A stretch of DNA of 124,000 nt, from assembly GCA_951406725.2 (NCBI GenBank), contig OX597821.1:102320001-102444000 (forward strand). The letters are read 5' to 3'. Of this stretch, positions 119,483-124,000 are shown piece after piece. Every line of letters begins with the position of its first letter. The stretch's first letter is position 1. The notes beneath the pieces were generated by a model, which was not told the origin of the DNA, did not search any database, and saw only the letters and a list, made by a program, of their open reading frames with translations. The stretch comes from Octopus vulgaris (Eukaryota). The position numbers and the translations under genes are program-made.

Positions 119483-122289
119483 TTTGTGCCTGTTTGTCCA
119501 TGCTCATATTTCACAACCAGTATTAGTTTGTTTACCTCTGTGTGACCCAGTGGTTCAGCAAAAGAGACTGATAGAATAAGTACTAGGATTGATCTGTTTG
119601 ACTAAAACTCTTCAAAGTGGTGCTCCAGCATGGCCACAGTCCAATGGCTGAAACAAGTGAAAGATAAAAGATAAGGAAGAGAGAAGGGAAATTATGGAAA
119701 TGAAGAAGAAAGCTTTAAGGGGAGGCAGTTCTGTTGAAGAAGAATTTGGCAGAGTGATTAATTAGTATGTCAGCAGTGTGGAATTAGAAAGAGAGAGAGA
119801 GAGAGAGAGGGATGTAAGTAATGTAGAATTGGCAAGTTTAAGCTTTGAGAGAGATAGGTTGAAGTGGGGGGAATACAATGTAGTTCTAATGATTTATATT
119901 CTGCAATCCAGTCAGATCAATGTAATGATAATGAAAGCTTAATTTTTAAAGGGGTAATGTTTTTTGATGGTTAAAAAAAGAGACACATGGACATATTAGG
120001 CACAGCCCTGTTTCACAGTGAATATTCAGAGAAAAATGTTTTTAATGAATTAAAGCTTACGAGAGGCCCAATTTCACATGTAGGATCCTGAAGTATCTTT
120101 TGAGTAATTTAAAAAAAAAAAAAAAATGTGTCTTTTGTATACCATCAAATATGGTATTCATTAAGGTGGTTCGTGGTATGTACTCCTATTTGAGCATGGT
120201 AAAATAGCTCAGTTACTTACATACAATACTGCAATGAATTTTGTTAAGCTCCAAATTGTCCAAGATTGAACAGATGTCTAATTAAAGGTATTCCTGCTAT
120301 GACTATCGTATATTTTCTCTAAGCATAGGTGTGTGCTGGATTATGTTATATAACATGGTCCTTCCTTTTTCAAGATTGTAGAGTGCATGTTGAGGGTGAT
120401 TTGGTTGCTATTTCTAGCAAATAAAGTGACCATGTTGATGCTCCTTTATTCATTTGTAGATCTAAAAGCAGGATATATATACAGGTCATTGCTGACTTAT
120501 GACCACAATTGGTTCCGACTGACTAGTCATAGGTCAGCCTATAGGCCTATACATAGCTTTGTTTATATTTTTACATTTGTAAGGTATATTCTCAGGTAAA
120601 AGTCACACACAGCATTCTGTATTATAGTATTATACTGGCGTTAGTAAAAAATTTTGGAGTCTTGAGCAGTCATCTTATAAACAAATGAGGTTGCCTCAAT
120701 GTCTCCCTGACAGGGTATTCATCCAACAGTTGGGATAACCACAGTGGTGATCAATAACCAAACCTAGGGGAAGTGTTTGTTAGCTGGTATCATCTGCAGA
120801 CGGGTTAATTCCTAAGAAATTAAACCCATTAGAGTTTGACTGGACTATTATTATTGCTACCAGGAGCTGGCATGCCAATCGTCAAGTCGGATAGGTTGTA
120901 AGTCGACGACGACCTGTAGTAGGAAATTGATTCATTGGCTCCTAGCTCAGCACATTGGCAACTGAACTGACTAAATGTTGTTTACTATAAATAATAGAAG
121001 CACATAAAAATACTAACTTTTTATAAACAATATTTCCAGGTATGACAGAGTGTTATGAGGTAAATAATTTAGAATTATAGCAATGGATAGTTGATAGAGG
121101 GCATTTATATAACAAATAAAATGCCAGACATAACCGAAGATTTAGTAGAAAATATACCAAAATTCTGTCTTTAACCTCTGTAGATTAAGGGGTACTTTCA
121201 CCCATCAAGTTGTAGTCCTACTTGACTTCTTAAACTCCTGCTGCACACTGACCAGCCACATATTTTAATATCCAGTCATTCATTTGTCATTTAACATCCA
121301 CTTTTCCATGCTTGCATGGGTCAGATGGAATTTGTTGAGGTAGATTTTCTATGGCTGGATGCCCTTCCTGTCACCAACCCTCACTTGTTTCTGAGCAAGG
121401 TAATATTTTCCTTTTAGATAGATGCTTTTTTCATGGAAGACTGGAAACAAACATCCTTGGATGTACAGTGATGATGATGATGCTCATTTACAGCCATCAT
121501 GTGATGTGTAGATAAGGGCAAATGTGCACACACACACATGCATATCTCATCCAGGGCTGTGGAGTTTGAGTCATGGAGTCAAAGTTGGAAACTATTAAGG
121601 GGTAACTGGAGTCAGAGTTGGTAAAACTATGTCGACTCTGACTCCAGACCACAATCACTTAATTATGTAAAGAGGAGTCAGTTGAAGTCGGAGTTGGAGG
121701 TGCCAACAGTAGAGAAGTCGGAGTCAAAGTTTTTTTGTTTTGACTCCACAGCCCTGATATCATTGTCATCATCAGCTTTTAATGTCCGTTGTCCATGTGG
121801 GCACAGGTTAGATGGTTTGACCAGGGCTGGCAAACTGAGGGGCTGCACCAGACTCCAGTTTGATTTGGCATAGTTTCTTATTTCTTTATTGCCCACAAGG
121901 GGCTAAGCATAGAGGGGACAAACAAGGATAGACAAACGGATTAAGTCGTTTACATCGACCTCAGTGTGTAATTGGTACTTAATTTATCAACTCCGAAAGG
122001 ATGAAAGGCAAAGTCGACCTCGGAATTCGAACTCAGAACATAGCGGCAGACGAAATACCACTAAGCATTTCGCCCGGCGTGCTAACGTTTCTGCCAGCTC
122101 GCCGCCTTTTCCAATTTGGCATAGTTTCTATGGCAGTGTGCTTTATGTATACATTCATTCATTAAAATGAGTTTCTTACAATTTCTGTCTACCAAATCCA
122201 TTCACAAGGTTTTGCGCAAGGGGCCACGTTGAGGGACTGAACCGAAGACCACATGGTTGAGGAAGCTAGCTTTTTAACTACAAAGCCAC

Positions 122290-122335
<46 letters not shown>

Positions 122336-122787
122336 ATCTGTATTGGAAGAGAGCTTTATTCATATTAACAGTTGGTTATTTATCTATACTATTTTCACAA
122401 AGAGAAAATAAATATGAAGGAGGAAGATAAAATATTAAAATTGATTTAGGAAATAAAAAAATAATAGAAAAATATGAAGAAGACAGTTATTTATTAATGT
122501 TACACTTTTATCTAGTTCTGGTTTCTTCTACTTGTATTGATTTATTTTGGTGTAGGCTAAAAGGTTTTCAGTAGTCAATCAATGTTAATGTATAGTTTTG
122601 TTGTTTGCTCCATGTCAAATGGTTGGTAAAGTCAGAGTAGTGATTCTTTGAACATTATGACATAATATTTCATTTATGCATTTGTTTTGTAAGATTCTTG
122701 ATGTGAAATCATGTGTTGAAACCGATGTTGTGTCTTTGGAGGGTCATTTTTGCCAATAAGAAAACACATGCACTGGTTCTAGTTCAC

Positions 122788-122841
<54 letters not shown>

Positions 122842-122842
122842 G
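122788..122842. repeat. (ATT)n microsatellite
   Basis: Direct reading; source of the poly-Ile ORF. Confidence 0.95.
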
Positions 122843-123369
122843 AACTAATAATAATAATTGGTATAAAAAGTGGGCTACAGCAAATATTCTGCTCAATACC
122901 ACGGATTTGCTTGTCAGTTGCTTGACCTTCACCAATTGAGTGCATCCCTTAGTGGCTGATGATATGTGCACCTCTGATCATGAGCAGGAGTAGTCGGGGG
123001 AATATCATAGCCATGTGTCGAGAGGAATTCTTTGGGGCTTGAATAATTCACATCTGGAAACAAGGGTGTTTCATTCCTCATTCTTAAACTTTATTCAGGG
123101 ACCTATTGAGCTGGATGGGTTGCACAGTCCGAAGAAAATTCTGGACCCCACTTGCAAGATCATGCACTCTTTATCTTCATATGAGATCACTATGTCATGT
123201 AGATATGGTTGTGATGAATGTGCCTGGTGTACCCTTATCAGACAGGTAGTCATGGTGGGTATATTGGGTTTCATACCCCAGTGTCACTTTGATGGCATGA
123301 ATTGCTCTCTCACTCAATAATAATAATAATAAAATTTCTTTTATTGGTTGCAAGGGCCCAATACATGGA

Positions 123370-123752
123370 GGACATAAAACAGGTGACTGCAACATTAAAG
123401 GATATGACAAAAGATATATAAATAGAAGTTAGAGAAATAAATAAGAAATATATAAAAATAATCCCCAGTAGCAGAGCAATCCACTTTGAGTAATTTGGAG
123501 TAAACCCCATGTAAAAGTCTTGGATTACTCTGCCATTCCCAAGGCATGGGAAGTGCCCTCTTCCAGGTTCTTTCTTCCTTCTTAGAAAATTATATCTTGA
123601 ATAGATCCATTCAGTCTCATCAATGTTGCCACTGTTGACCACCTTTTGATAAACATTCTAGAATGCAGCACCTCCCTCTCTACCCTCCGTTTCCTCTTCA
123701 AATGATATTTGAAGAAATTGATGTGTTTGGCCAGGTAAGAAAGTGCCTGTCT
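123370..123752 (-). mobile_element. 3' end of a Tx1/L1-like LINE, degenerate
   Basis: Reads INFFKYHLKRKRRVEREVLHSRMFIKRWSTVATLMRLNGSI followed by a UTR-like A/T tail. Confidence 0.5.
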
Positions 123753-123760
123753 TCAATAAT

Positions 123761-124000
123761 AACAAGAGCACTCAGAGGGCACAAACCTTCGCCAAGGCAA
123801 CATCAATGTCCTCTCAATGAAAGGATTTTTAAAATGAGAATATCTGAAACAAACTCGACTGCTCTCACAAACGAGAATACTAAAAGTGAACCTGACCGCT
123901 CTCAAAAATTAAGTAAAAAAAACAAGAAAAATTATCCAAAACCCTTGTCCAGTACCGGATCTATCCCAAAATCTAATCAGTTCATGCCAGTCATGAGGTC
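123761..124000 (-). mobile_element. Second HINE-like copy, truncated by the window end
   Basis: Homologous to 109550-109800. Confidence 0.6.

Overview
AT-rich eukaryotic DNA, almost certainly an octopus (coleoid cephalopod) genome. This is inferred from the abundant tRNA-derived SINE families, (TA)n/(CA)n/(ATC)n microsatellites, and RTE, Penelope, Tx1, mariner, piggyBac and hAT remnants. Nearly all ORFs in the supplied track are artefacts of microsatellites or SINEs. One host gene is confidently identifiable: a divergent TGIF-family TALE homeobox gene on the minus strand (main exon 17446-18215, probable first coding exon ending at 22403). CpG decay in the repeats suggests further methylated gene bodies at about 45-54 kb, 59-99 kb and 105-124 kb. 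A plausible first coding exon lies at 101602-101685 (+), but I could not identify these genes. The most unusual signals are RNA-structural. At least three families of hammerhead-ribozyme-like motifs occur, including one fused to a tRNA-derived Pol III head (28.55-28.89 kb) and one with a shared non-canonical core in Penelope terminal repeats. There are also several MITE-derived near-perfect hairpins, twin recent internally deleted piggyBac elements, and a possible hydrophobic N-terminal extension on the homeodomain protein. All assignments are by eye, with no database searches; SINE listings are representative, not exhaustive.
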